A stretch of 64,000 nt of DNA, taken from assembly GCF_009914755.1 (NCBI RefSeq), contig NC_060929.1; one strand, 5' to 3'. This document shows positions 1-13,404 of this stretch, piece by piece. Source of the DNA: the human T2T-CHM13v2.0 reference genome, Homo sapiens. Position 1 is the stretch's first letter; each line of letters opens with the position of its first letter. Under the pieces are notes generated by a model, which was given only the letters and a program-made list of their open reading frames with translations, was not told the DNA's origin and searched no databases. A program made the position numbers and the translations under genes.

Positions 1-54
1 TGTGTCATCTAATTATAATACTATCACTGTGACTTAATTAATATCTTCTATCAC

Positions 55-190
55 ATATATAGTAAAAGTTTTTTGAGAGCAGGGACTGTGTCTATTTTGT
101 TCATAACTGTATTCTTTGTGCCTACCATAGTGCATGACATATACTAGGTGCTCAACTGAAAACGGTTAATTGAATGGTTAATTGAATGAA
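55..190 (+). mobile_element. L2 LINE 3' end fragment
   Basis: gagagcagggactgtgtct...gtgcct...atagtgc...taggtgctcaa...ttgaatgaa matches the L2 3' terminus pattern. Confidence 0.75.
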
Positions 191-1359
191 AATCCTCCTC
201 CTCAACAGAGTTTACTCTTACGATGGTTGGGAGAATTTTAGTTGTAAACTTTCTATCAGATTTTTCTGCTTGCAAATTCAAGGGGTTGGAGAATTTCTTC
301 TGTAAATTTGTCTTTGAGATGGAAAAAGGAAGGAAACCTCTTAGTTGGGTGGGATGCATGTGTCTGGTGATAAGCGTTCTTTATTTTCACATAGGCTAAA
401 TTTACTCACTTTTGGCCATAGCAACAGAATGCGTGCAAAAGTCGAGAGAGTAGTGTGTGGAATGTGAGGACAGCGCCATATGGGGAATTGTGTGGTACGT
501 GGTTGATATGATGTATTTTAATGTTTAATTTAAGAAGGTCTGATTTTGACAGTAAGAGTTGGGGACTAAAAATAGAACCAAATGATAAATATGGAATAGA
601 ACTGTGTGATACTAAAAAACAAAAACAAAAACAAAAAACCCTTGTGGCGTGATAGTCCATTATGTTCTATTTTTATATATAATACTTTCACGCAAAACAA
701 TACCATTTCATCTCTCTCATTTACCTAATTTGCATTATAAATGCATATTGTAATTTTATATGTGCAATGTGAGAAATCTGTCCTGTTTTTCTCTATTTCA
801 GGCTGTTTATCTTGGGTAATTGTTTTATTGTTGGATCCATTTTAAAGATACTCTTTGTTAGCTATTTTTAATCTCATATAAATAGGATATTTAAATCCTG
901 ACAACAGAGTTTTGGCCACAGGTTGATTTATATATATTATAGCATATGGATTAGCATAAGGAGTAAGACCAAAAAAATCAGAGTTCATTCCAGAGGAGCA
1001 TATGTCATTTCAATGTTTGGTGTCACGTACATTAGCTAGATAAAATAAAATTGATTCCAAAATATATTTTCTAAATACATATATGTTAGTTTATTTTTAA
1101 ATAGACTTTATGGTTGTTGTTAACATATAAATTCTTCCTATTGCTGTACTAATTAAATGCAATTCTTTCCCCATCACCCCAGCATATCTATATAATTATG
1201 ACATAATTTGATAAAAATATATTTAAGCAATATCTATAATAACATATTTTAGTCTTTCATTACTATAAAATTTTGAATATGGAGCCAAGCAAATAAATTC
1301 AATTTTATATATTTGGAAAAAGAGTTAGAAAGCATTTTCTAGTAAGTACATATACAAGT

Positions 1360-1436
1360 ACATACACACACACACCAACACAGGCATGCACTCATACACA
1401 CACACACACATACACACACACACACAAACACACACT
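1360..1436. repeat. Interrupted (CA)n microsatellite
   Basis: Direct reading: CA runs with CATA/CAAA interruptions. Confidence 0.9.
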
Positions 1437-1695
1437 CCAACCAACTGTCATGAAATCATTGAATCAAAACACAATGCTTTGGAAGCTAAATTTGCCAAGT
1501 TTCAACTAACTAAAATGTTGGAGATTTTAAAACAATCCTTGAAGGATTTCAGTTTATGGAAGTTAAGACAATTTCTAATTCTCCAAGAATAATTTAAAAC
1601 AAATTTAAACATTCAAAGGTTTTCTTGAACCTCATAAAACTTTGCACAATAATACATGTGACTTTGCATAATAATAATAATTAAGGACTAAAAGT

Positions 1696-1793
1696 AGGTG
1701 CAGAAGGGAGAAAATAGAAAGACAAATTGTCAATATTCAAATAGAAAATGGTCCAGAATTTTCAGAAATGAAGAATGACATGAAACACACACA
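1696..1793 (+). repeat. About 100-bp dispersed direct duplicate of 3413-3512
   Basis: aggtgcagaag..gagaaaatagaaagacaaattgtc(a/t)atattcaaata(g/t)aaaatggtccagaattttcagaaatgaagaat(g/t)acatgaaacacacaca occurs at both sites. Confidence 0.95.
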
Positions 1794-2993
1794 TACACAT
1801 GAGACTAACCATGAAGTTTAATTTTTCTAAGTGATAGATTAAGTGTTTAGTAAGAGATGTTTCAAAATAGAAAATCTTTTTAAGTTAGACACCAACACTC
1901 TTAAATATTACTAGGTTTTCTCTCTTCTTATATTATTATTATGCCCAGTATAACAAAATAAATTTTTTTCTGAAATGTTATCCTGAAATTTTGAAAGGAC
2001 AGAGACTAGAAAGATGCGTATTTATTTGGGGAATCATTTGACAAATGTAAGCATAGCAAATAAAATGAAATATCTCCCCCATAGTAACAAAGTGTTCATT
2101 GTATCATCGTAGAGCTAGAGAATAATAGTACCAAAATGATAAGAATTATTGGCATTAGTGAGGAAAAGAAAGACAACATGCAAACAAAATGAAATCAAGT
2201 TATTCTATGAATTGTCTTCCAATTAACCTTTAAGTTGGGAACTCAGAACTAGCCACAGGTTTTTTGAAAAGGCCTGAATAAGCCAAATAAAATTAAGTAT
2301 ATCTGTAGTTTTTATGTCGAATCTGTCAATCATATGATGTCATTTAGAAGATGTCATAATAATCACTGTGACAAGTTATAACAAAGTAATGGCTTTTAAA
2401 GGACAACAAAGTACAATGTACAGTAAAATCCTTTAGATAAATAGTAGCTACTTGAGATTAATAGAAAATAAATGATTAAAGCAATATTATTTTGCTTTTA
2501 TTGGCAGTGAAACAGAAAAAAAAATCATATACTTTCCATGGGGAGCACATGACACGCAGGGGAATGCACCCTGGCTGTGAGGCTTCCTGTTTCAATGCCA
2601 GCATGGGGTTGGAGCTGCAGCCTAAGATCTTGCTTTACTTTAGTTCTCTGCTTGAAAAGATCTGGATACTTAAAATGGTTGGCTCAGGGTCTCCCCTGGA
2701 AATGAGCTGCTGTCTCTGACTCATCCATGTCATACTGGAATCATAAGACTGGTTAATGCACAAACTTAGGGTTTACTTTCCCTACATTCACTCCAATTTT
2801 GTGATGTGAGACTCCAGAAGGAGGATTTTCACCTTGGACTTTGTTTAGAATTGTTTCTTTCAGTAGAAAGCAGGAAAGATCACAACAGTTGCAGAGTTAC
2901 TACATCAAGAGGCTTCTACTCCCCAAGGGAGGAACTGGATAAATCTAAGAACTGCACAATGTTAACTCACAAAGAAGAATTAAAAACAGAAGA

Positions 2994-3068
2994 CGTTTTC
3001 CTACGTAACAAACCTGCACATCCTGCACATGTATCCTGGAACTTAAAATAAAATAAAATAAAATTTTT
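2994..3068 (+). mobile_element. Extremely 5'-truncated L1PA-type 3' end with A-rich tail
   Basis: acgtaacaaacctgcacatcctgcacatgtatcctggaacttaaaataaaataaaa is the primate L1 3' terminus. Confidence 0.85.
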
Positions 3069-3099
3069 AAAAAGAATAAATAAATAGCAGGTAAGAAAA

Positions 3100-3810
3100 T
3101 CTAAAACTAAGAGATATACTTAAACCTAACAATGAAAGAATTTACATCCAAGTTGAAATAGAATTGATGGGATACTTTTGGAAGCGGATCTCAAAATAAA
3201 TATAACAAAAATTCTTAAAAAGATAAGTAAATAATACTCATGAAAAAAGAATACAATTATGCAACAAAGTAAAAACTAAAAAAGTTTTCTTTGCTTTCTA
3301 TGAGGGATTATAGATAGATATGAGGAATTGTTCCAGAACAGAGCCAGATACATAAATAGAAGTCACAGGACCTAGAGAACAGAATGAGAAGCTCTAACAG
3401 AAGACCAAAGGAAGGTGCAGAAGAGAGAGAAAATAGAAAGACAAATTGTCTATATTCAAATATAAAATGGTCCAGAATTTTCAGAAATGAAGAATTACAT
3501 GAAACACACACACGCACGCACACACATGCACACACACATACACACACTCCATCAAACAACAGAAAAGTCCCTTTCATTTCATACATACATGAAACACTTA
3601 AAAAGGAAGAAGTAAACAACATCAAAAAAAGCATAGGACTAGTTAGAGATGAAGTAGAGATTTAAAATACCACAATAGAATTTTCCAATGAATTTGATAA
3701 TTTATGTCAAATTGATTTATGTTTAATAGAAATATACAAATTAACAAAACTGACATAAGATGAAACAAACATCACTAGTAGATGAATAACATGAACAAAA
3801 TTTAACAGGT
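3100..3810 (+). mobile_element. Highly decayed old L1 (L1M/L1ME-type) ORF1/ORF2 remnant
   Basis: A-rich L1-like phrasing (ggaattgttccagaa, gaattttcagaaatgaagaa..catgaa, acaaattaacaaaactgac). Boundaries are approximate. Confidence 0.5.
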
Positions 3811-4403
3811 ATACAAAAAGTGACCTATTTTAGATGTCCCTTCAATTGTGGAAACCGGGGAGTTGCTACATGTATATTTTTTAGGAGATAATATTTTTCT
3901 GGGTTTTAAGCTAATACTTCTTAATATTGTTCCTATTGCAGCAATTTCAAACAATGAAAGAATCAGAACCCTTGTGTTTTTCCATTTTTGCAGCCTAGTC
4001 CAAAGACGTTTACATCCTGGAAGAGAACTTGCTGGCTTTTCACCTCAGCATGTATGGGCCAAACTAATATAACAAGGTAAAATGTTTTTATTGGCACCTA
4101 TCTCCTATTTTGATGCTTACACTAAGGTAATCTATCATTCAAGCTGATGGCTGGTTGGTAACTTTTGTAGCACTCTACCTCCAGACATCTATCCTGCTCG
4201 TTACTGAGCCTTCCACATTCTTTTGTATCTTACCTCAATGTTGATTAAAATCAATCACTACTCTCTAAATGGCTTCATATTCAATAATAGTAATAAGCTC
4301 TTAGCACACCATATAAATTTCAAATATTAAAAGAGTAGAAACATGTTTTCAGAAAATGGTTGAATTTTCATAGAACTTTAATTTTGTATTCAGTTTATAA
4401 TGC

Positions 4404-4505
4404 TTCTTTAATTTTTCTTAAGGAAAATTCTTTAATTTTTCTTAAGGAAAATTCTTTAATTTTTCTTAAGGAAAATTCTTTAATTTTTCTTAAGGAAAAT
4501 TCTTT
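4404..4505. repeat. Perfect 24-bp minisatellite (TTCTTTAATTTTTCTTAAGGAAAA) x4.25
   Basis: Four identical units at 4404, 4428, 4452 and 4476 plus a partial unit. This explains the SLIFLKEN repeat in ORF 4360..4611. Confidence 0.97.
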
Positions 4506-4549
4506 CTTGTCAACAAGATCATTAACAGTTCCAGAGAAAGCCAGGCAAA

Positions 4550-5060
4550 GCTATGAACACAGAGTTCACAAAGAAATACAAGGAACCAATACGTACATTA
4601 AAATAAACTAAATCTCAAGAACAACTTTAAACAACATAAACAATATGGAGGTAAGCTTTTTCATCTAGATGGTCTAAAGTAATAGGCACTTTCATGCATT
4701 AAAATTGGCATATTCTGTCTATAAACTTATTTTAAAATTTTTAGGAAATTAAAATACCTTTGATCAGGCAGCTATAATTTCAGAAATTTAAGCAATGAAA
4801 TTACTCAAACACATACCTAATGTTTAGTGCAGCTTTTTAATAACTTGGAAGTGGTTTTAATCTCACTAAAGGGACTCTAATTAGATATATTGTGTTCAAT
4901 TTAAACAATGAAATAATACCCCAGCCATTAAAAAGAAGAATGCATCACTGTATCTGAAAGTGATACGGGACAGGGGAGTTTGGGAGGGATAAAAGTGTTA
5001 TTTCTCATTTCATCATATGAGAATTTTTACAACTAAATTAATATTTAAAATGTAAAAATC
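4550..5060 (+). mobile_element. Decayed L1ME-type 3' region fragments
   Basis: acaatgaaataataccccagccattaaaaagaa resembles the L1 ORF2 end/3'UTR. Heavily diverged. Confidence 0.45.
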
Positions 5061-6026
5061 CAATTAAATATCAAAATGATCTATTGCTATTACCTCAACA
5101 TTACAATTATGATATAAATATTATTGGAATGTGATGGAATGGAAAGCATACATGCACATTTGATTTGATTTGCTAATTTCCATTTAGGAGTTTGAATCTG
5201 TATTCACAAGTCAGGCTGTCCCTTGGAGTTCCTTGTGCAGTCTTGTTGGGAGCTGGTAATACATTTGTAAGATGGAGCACTACAAAAGCACCATTTTTCT
5301 CTTCTGCCTACTGAAGAATAATTTGTTTTTTTTTTTCCTCAATTAAGGAAAACGGTAGAAAACAGTTTTGGGGAGACTTTGTGGGATTTTGTTTTAGATA
5401 TAAGCCTGGCAGATCACAGACAAGAAAAAAGATATTGAGACCATTACAATCTTCTATTTGGCTTAACGTTAAGCCCTTCCTCCTGGTATAAATGTGAGGG
5501 CCTCCCAAAGCACTCAATTTGTCTAAGTGCTTCTTGTTTATTGGGAAGAAGGGATCAATAGTCTTCAAACATCTGTCTTCAGGATTCAGAATTCAAACAT
5601 TTTTGGAATAAATTTGGGTGGGTGAAACCAAGATACAGAGGTAGGGAGGTGATTGGAGAAACAAGTAAAATTATCATGATGTTAGGGATGAGGCATCCAG
5701 GGGGTTGGTTTCAGCCAGGAAATTGAGAGCAGAAAGGAAGAGTGTTTTCCATCACATTCTATTGGAAATGGTTTAGATGTAGGAGAACTACTTAATCTGA
5801 GAATTAAAACATCAAGGTCGTCACAGCTGTGATCATACTTGGGGACAAGTCAAATTGACCTGATGCTCTTTTGTGAGCAGATTTAACCTAAAGAAATTCT
5901 TTGGTATCTGGGCCTTGTCTCAGTGACAGACCAATTCTTATTCTGGAGGGATCCCAGAAATTGTCCCCAATTTTCACAGCTTTAACCACCACATAGGTGG
6001 GGTAATGGAAAGCGCTTACTCTCTAG

Positions 6027-6341
<315 letters not shown>

Positions 6342-7284
6342 TTTTGCACTCTTTTAACTGGGAAACTGGTCAGCCCACCCTGGCTACTTGAAGGGCTGAT
6401 ACTGAAAGACAAGATGCCACCTGCTACATGTGTTAGCTACTGAAACAGGAACTTTTCTTGAGTTACAACATTTATCACAGGCACTGTTGATCAGTGATAA
6501 CAAAGACATGAGATTTTTGATATATCAGCAGTAAGTTATTCATATAAAACAGCAGACAAATATGCTAAAACTGTGAAGTGCAGGTATGAAACAACCATAT
6601 CATTAGATAAGCATTGGAAAAAGTGTAACAAGATTTTATCATTTGAAGTTATTTAACTTTGCAAAAGTATAAATAAAACATAAATCTCTCTAATAATGAA
6701 TAAACACATGGAAATTTTAAAATCCCCAAACTAGAATTTGATTTGCAATAAGTTAACTTTCATTTATATCCTTCAAATATTTTTCCCTCAATTTTATGCC
6801 AGCAATTTGTCAATGGTCCAAAATTTAGTGATTTCCTGAAATAGTTCTTCAGGTTTTTGTTTTTTCTTTGAAGAGAAGGTAAACAGGATTCTTTTATTTA
6901 AAAAATGCTCCTCATAAATACCAAACAAGAAATACTATTAACAATACCATTTTTTTCTTTTATGTATATATTTAGCAGAATGCATTAGTAAGTTTACATT
7001 AAAAGAAAAAATAGAGAAATTTTTAGTAAAGTTTTTTTATATGAAGTTTGGGAATGTTAGGCAGGCCACACTGAAAAATGTGTATGTCATCAATACATCA
7101 TGTTGTCACATAATAAGCATTAAGGCTTGTAAATACTGCACAATCATTTGACCTCAAAATGAAATTTTTATTCTTTCAATAAAAAATATTGGTCAAAATG
7201 GATTTTAAAGACAATAAATACTAATCGTGTCAAATAAATATTTTAATAGCAGTTTAGCAAGTAAATGCATATATCTAATTAGTA

Positions 7285-7561
7285 CAGTTGTCCCTTGGTG
7301 TCCATGGGTAATTGGTTCCAAGACCCAGGTGGGATGCTCAAGTCTGTGAAATGAAATGGCATAGTTTTTTCATAGAACTTTTAAATAATGTCTATGTTAC
7401 TTATAATACTTAGTACAATGTAAATGCTATGTAAGTAGTTGTTATACTATATTGTTTTAGTGTGATTTTTATTATTATTGCATTTTTTTTTTTTTAATAT
7501 TTAGATCCTTGGTTGGCTGGAATCAGTTGCGCAGGAACCTGTGGCTATAGCGGGTGGACTG
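7285..7561. mobile_element. MER2-type Tigger (Tc1/mariner) non-autonomous DNA transposon
   Basis: Termini (ta)cagttgtcccttggtgtccatggg and ctatagcgggtggactg. Internal aatgtaaatgctatgtaagtagttgttatact is typical of MER2. Confidence 0.8.
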
Positions 7562-7747
7562 TGTGTTTCATTCTAATTCCTAACATTCATTTTCTTTGTA
7601 GAAAGAATTCTTGCCCACTCTGTTCTGTGTTCTTTTTGAGTGCTTTGCTCAGATGTTTCTCGGGTGAGGGATTGATCTAGAGAATATAATTTTCCATTAC
7701 ACTAAGGGCTGGATATGGTTGGAGGAACATAAGAAAACATGGAAGGG

Positions 7748-8135
<388 letters not shown>

Positions 8136-8214
8136 TCAGAAAGCAGATACTAGAATTTCATTAGTTTGAAAGCATTGGCTTTTATAAAGTCTTTGATCAA
8201 ATTAGTTTAGATAG

Positions 8215-8530
<316 letters not shown>

Positions 8531-9186
8531 GAAAATAACCTCTTTGACACAGATTTTGTCAGATACGCCACTATGTAAAGCAATATTCCTGATTAACGAC
8601 CTTTCAATCAATTCAACAATTTTGAGTTTTAGTTGGTCATGAATAATTACATGGTTTGCTCCTTTTTTTAACCAAAGTTCTCTTTCCAGATAATTTGAAA
8701 TTGACTCACAATTATCAGTTTTGATAATTATTGCTAATTTTGTTCCTTCTAGAGATATTTGCATTTTACAGAAATCAAAACGTTCACACTAATGGTAAAT
8801 TTTTGGTGCTTTGTCTAGTTCTTTTTTTGACTAGTGTTTAGAAAAATAAGTTGTTTCCATGAAATAGCTAATTCTGTGAAATCATTAACAATATTTTTAT
8901 TTTCACTGAAATGAAGTAAAAAATTTAAGGAAATTTTAACACTATTTTATATATAACAAATTAATATTAATAGGAAATATGCTACTAATTTAAATTTATC
9001 TCCCCTTGGTCAACAGGATCTTTCAGAACATTTCTCCCCTAGAGCTTACAAATATGTGTGTTTCTGAGAGTGCGTGTAGTAGAAGTCCATTTTATCTTAT
9101 ATTTACATATGGAACATCTCAGATTTGTTGTCTCCCAATTCCCATTTCAATCCCAGACACAGAGAGCTTGAATGCTTGAGATGAAA

Positions 9187-9258
9187 ACACACACACTACG
9201 TTGGAGACACACACACACAAACACATATGCACACACACAAACATACGCGCACACACAC
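9187..9258. repeat. Compound (CA)n microsatellite
   Basis: Direct reading. Confidence 0.85.
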
Positions 9259-9595
9259 GTTGGATAGCCTTTATTTGACCTTCTCAGCAGAGGTGGGGTA
9301 TTTCTCAACCCTGTACTGATATTTTCCTATGAAGACTTCTTTCCACACTATGTGCCATCAGGCCTGTTACACATTTTCTAGTTTCCTTCTTTTAAACAGA
9401 GCAAAGAATATAAGTCTAAGACCAAAGTTTACATTTCTAAATCCACCTGCCAATCAGTCAAGCAATTCCTAAGCAGCAGTTACTACTGAAGCTGCTGGGT
9501 GGGCCTGCCACACAATCACAGCAAGGCGACAGTGAGCCTAAGTGGAGTTAGACTGTTTCTTGCTCATGGCACAATAGACAGCATGAGACTTAGGC

Positions 9596-9684
9596 TTGCA
9601 TCACTTCCTCTTGTCCTCCCAGTCCCAAAGAAGGTGATGCGGAGCAGGCCCAGGTGAATGCTGCTCACACAGTGGGTTGTGGTT
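9596..9684. promoter_or_regulatory. Candidate myeloid-type enhancer core (C/EBP-ATF, PU.1, RUNX motifs)
   Basis: TTGCATCA 9596-9603 overlaps CACTTCCTCTT 9602-9612, and TGTGGTT lies at 9678-9684, all in non-repeat sequence. Motif match only. Confidence 0.35.
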
Positions 9685-10634
9685 ATGCCTGAAGAACACT
9701 GAGCTTAGAAAGCTCTCCAACCTCATGAGGGGACCACAAGCACATTTGCCTATCTTTCTCTCTGGAGAGAGACATTATAATTCTAATCAGAAACAAATTT
9801 TCAGGTCAGAAAACAAATCTGCCTTTGGACAGAGATGTTACTTTTATCACCCTGGAACATGTCAGGAGATGGGAGGAGGACTCCAACTTTAGAAATTTGG
9901 AATGTAAGCAAATCTGCTTCCTGTCCAGAAACATCTTTGCAAATACCTTGGACAAGTTTCCTTGAAGAAGTTGCCAGTGCCTTTTGCTCAGCTGTGCAGA
10001 AATGGCAGCTCCATGAATCATCTCCCAGCCCTATCTTTTTCTCACCTTTGGTTCCTTTGTCGAAACTTTACTTCTGTTTTGCATTTTGCATTTTTTTCTT
10101 TCTCTTTATGTATTACAAAAACAAAATTTTATTATATTCCTAATTATCCTTCAAGACAGCAATTCCCATGTGCTTTACTAGATATAAACAAGTGATATGC
10201 TTGTCTTTGAGGTAATGGAAATGGAAATTTGCAATTGAAGAGGAATTAATTTTTTTTATTTCCTGATACAGACACTTAACTCTGATTACTTTTTCAGATT
10301 GAATCGGTGTTAGTAGGACATTTGACCGTACAAATCTCTTTCTATTAGAGAAAGAGATAAATTTGGATGTATGATCACTGCTTTGGAAAATGCTAATATG
10401 ATGAATTTAAAGAGACGGAGATATCAATGTACCCCTGATAGTGGAATAGGTGAAAAATACACTGTTCATTTCAAATTAACAAATACTAAATTTCAAAAGT
10501 GTAATCTATTAAAGATATGATTACTAGGTACAGGGTCATATTTTCTTACCTCTGCAGCACCTGAAATCCATCCCAGATTAAATCAGGCTACCCTCGATTT
10601 TTGCTTTTTTTGATTATTTTTTCTTATTTTCCAG

Positions 10635-10770
10635 AAGTCTTGAGAGGAGTCAGCGGCCAAGCTCCATGTCTTGCAGCCAAACAATGCTGTGGGATGGAAG
10701 GTGGGATGTCATGTGTCTGGTTTACAGCACTCACGTATCAGTTGGCAGTTAACGGAAGTGCTACTGATTG
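10635..10770 (+). other. Candidate exon (probably non-coding) overlapping a MYB/ETS/CCAAT motif cluster
   Basis: Long polypyrimidine tract and CCAG acceptor ending at 10634, with TTG|GTAAGC donor at 10771. Only one frame is open and it gives no recognisable protein. Confidence 0.25.
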
Positions 10771-13404
10771 GTAAGCACCCAGAAACATCAGGCAGAAAAC
10801 CTGCTTACACTGGTGCTTTAGCCTTGGAGATTCCTGAGAATTTTCACAAATTAACCTCATTTGCTGAGAGAGGCCAATATGGAAACTTAAAATTAATTAA
10901 TGCATTAATTAGTTAATGTAGAGGAACACAAAGTCAAGAATGTGTTCCTTGTTTTTTTTTTGTTTTAAATTGTCTGGACAGTTGAGCAAATGGTCTTAAT
11001 TCTTCTAAATATTGGAAACCTGGTGTCTAGGCACAAAACTAGATTTTTGGCGTCATTGAGGAATAAATATATTTGTTGTTCCACTCAACAAGCAGAGATC
11101 AATACAGTATTCTAGGTCTATTGGGAGGAGGGGCTGAACATGATAACTTACCTAGTGCTTTTTGTCTAGCACTAATGGAGTTGGGATGTACTTCTGCCAA
11201 AGGACTAATTTTAGGAGGACTTTGGGACTGTTGGGTAATAAACTGATCAATGCGATGAAGACCCCAGTCCCTCTGAACTCTTGGAGCTTATGAAAGTCTA
11301 GATGTCAAGCCAGAGAAATTGTGAAGATTATACCTCCTAAAAAATAATCTCCAAAAAGATCAAGATGTATGTTCATATCTATTGATTTTCGGGAAGCTAC
11401 TATTTTCTATAATCCCTCAGTTGGGGGTTTTATGCTTACCCTTTTCAATGTTCACTGATAGTGAGATTGAATAAGTCATCAATGAGAAGAGTGGTTTGAA
11501 AATATGTAGCGTAGTACATAAATATTATGTAGAATTAAGAAGGCAGCACAATCCTCAATAAGGTCCAGATACTCAACTTACATTTAAAGCTCTAATTAGT
11601 ACTCCTACCTTTTGAAATATACAGTTACACTGCTGTGCATTCCTAAAAGAATGCTACAGTTAGACATTACAAAAAATATTACGGTTCCCAAAATATAAAG
11701 TCATAAACCTATGTTTATAAAAACAATTGCATTATGAACCTGGGATATAATATATATCACAATCATTCAGCTTACAATAATTTGAGAGTGCTGATGTGAG
11801 GATTTCATCTTGGTTAACTGAAGGAAATAATAATTTGTTTAAGATCATCAACATGTGATCAACTTGAAATAAGAGCTTCTCAGTGTTATGAAAATTGTGA
11901 GTTGATAATGTGTAACACAATCAGACTAAAATAAGCCTTATTAAAGCAGATTTCTCTAAGGGTACTTCTGCTTCATTTTGCCAATTCTGGACTCTGCAAT
12001 CTTAATTTCATTGGTTAGGGAGGATCTACTCCCTCTAACACAATACATGCAAATCATAAATTAGAATTGGTTGCATATAATGTAATAGAGAAGCTGTATT
12101 CAGCTTACTCAATTAGCAGAAATGTATATGCAACTGGTATAACACACATTAACAGATTGGAGTGCTAATATGAACATATCTCTCATTTCAAAATTAAAAC
12201 TGGTAGGGACCCCATTTTTCAGATTAGGAGGAAGTCCAGCATCTTTCTAAAGAAATCCCTCACTGCCTGCATGACTTGTTAAGATAATTCAGAGACTTAC
12301 TCAATACCAACTACCCATTCCAGAGTCCCAATTTTATTTAAGGACAAACTGTAGAATTCACTCAGTGCACAAGTGAAATCAGGTTTTTGCCTGTTTTTGT
12401 TCTTGTTGCTGCCATAACATGTCTCTCTTGCAAGCTGCTCCATGTAATCCAGTGTGTGGTTAACACACACAGGTTGGCACAGTCCCTGCCTGGAATGTGG
12501 AGAGGCTCATACTTGGATTTCTCAGGTCAGGCTCATTGGTTAATGCTTACATGTTCAGACATTTTCCCCAAAGCATGGTTTCTAATCCAGGATGGCTGGT
12601 CCAGCCTGGGCTTCCAGCCACAGCTGGTCATTTTCCCAGAACCAGCTCTGGCGTGCTGCTTGAGTCACAGCTCTGACCTTCCCTCCCTTCTGTTAAAGTT
12701 CCCTTTTAGGTGGCCTTAATGTCCATTTCTGCTACTGTGGTTGGGGAAACCTCAGCCTTACAGAGGATGTTCTCCTTTTCTTTTCGACTGTATGCTATTA
12801 AATCCCGGTCTTTGTTCAGAAACAAAAACAAAAACCTCAGCTCTTTACAAAAACTGAGTTTTCCATTTATAAGTCTAATTTTTAAAGCAAAGGTGACAAA
12901 TGATTACTCTTAAATCTTTTTATCTGCTGGATTCCGTGGAGAAGATTTTGAGAGACTGGTGGGTTAGAGTGGTACAAGATTATGAGGGCAATTTCCCAAC
13001 CAGTAAGAAAAGCCACAATCACTCTAATCATTAGTTATATAATTACCTCTAAGAGTAGCAAAAGAAAAGATTCTGCTTTCAAATGACAGAAGCCCTGAAA
13101 ATCTCATCTAAGGAACTGGAAATAACTTGTCTGTATTTTTTTCCTCTGTGCTCTAAATTCATTTTTAGTAACAGTGGAAGCAATTTGAAATGAAATACAA
13201 CACTTAAAGCAAATGAAACGGAAGTGAATGCCAGCAGTAAATGGCAAGAAGAAATCCAGTTCAGTGTGTTCCTCAGAAATCTTGCCTCTTGGGACTAAAT
13301 GCTGCAAATTTAACTCTTATCCTTGTTTTTCAAGTTTTACCATCTCAAAGCTATCCACTTTATATTAAATTAGTTCTGTTATATTATGTCAATTTGTATT
13401 CTTA

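Noticed and set aside
4404-4505. Palindromic ~24-bp repeats resembling CRISPR direct repeats
   Set aside because: The units are head-to-tail with no spacers, there are no cas genes, and the context is primate DNA. It is a minisatellite.
4360-4611. ORF with an SLIFLKEN repeat
   Set aside because: It is a translation of the 24-bp tandem repeat, with a non-ATG start and no other coding evidence.
10334-10358. Hairpin ATCTCTTTCT-attag-AGAAAGAGAT as a pre-miRNA or terminator
   Set aside because: A 10-bp low-complexity stem is too short for a pre-miRNA and is expected by chance in 64 kb.
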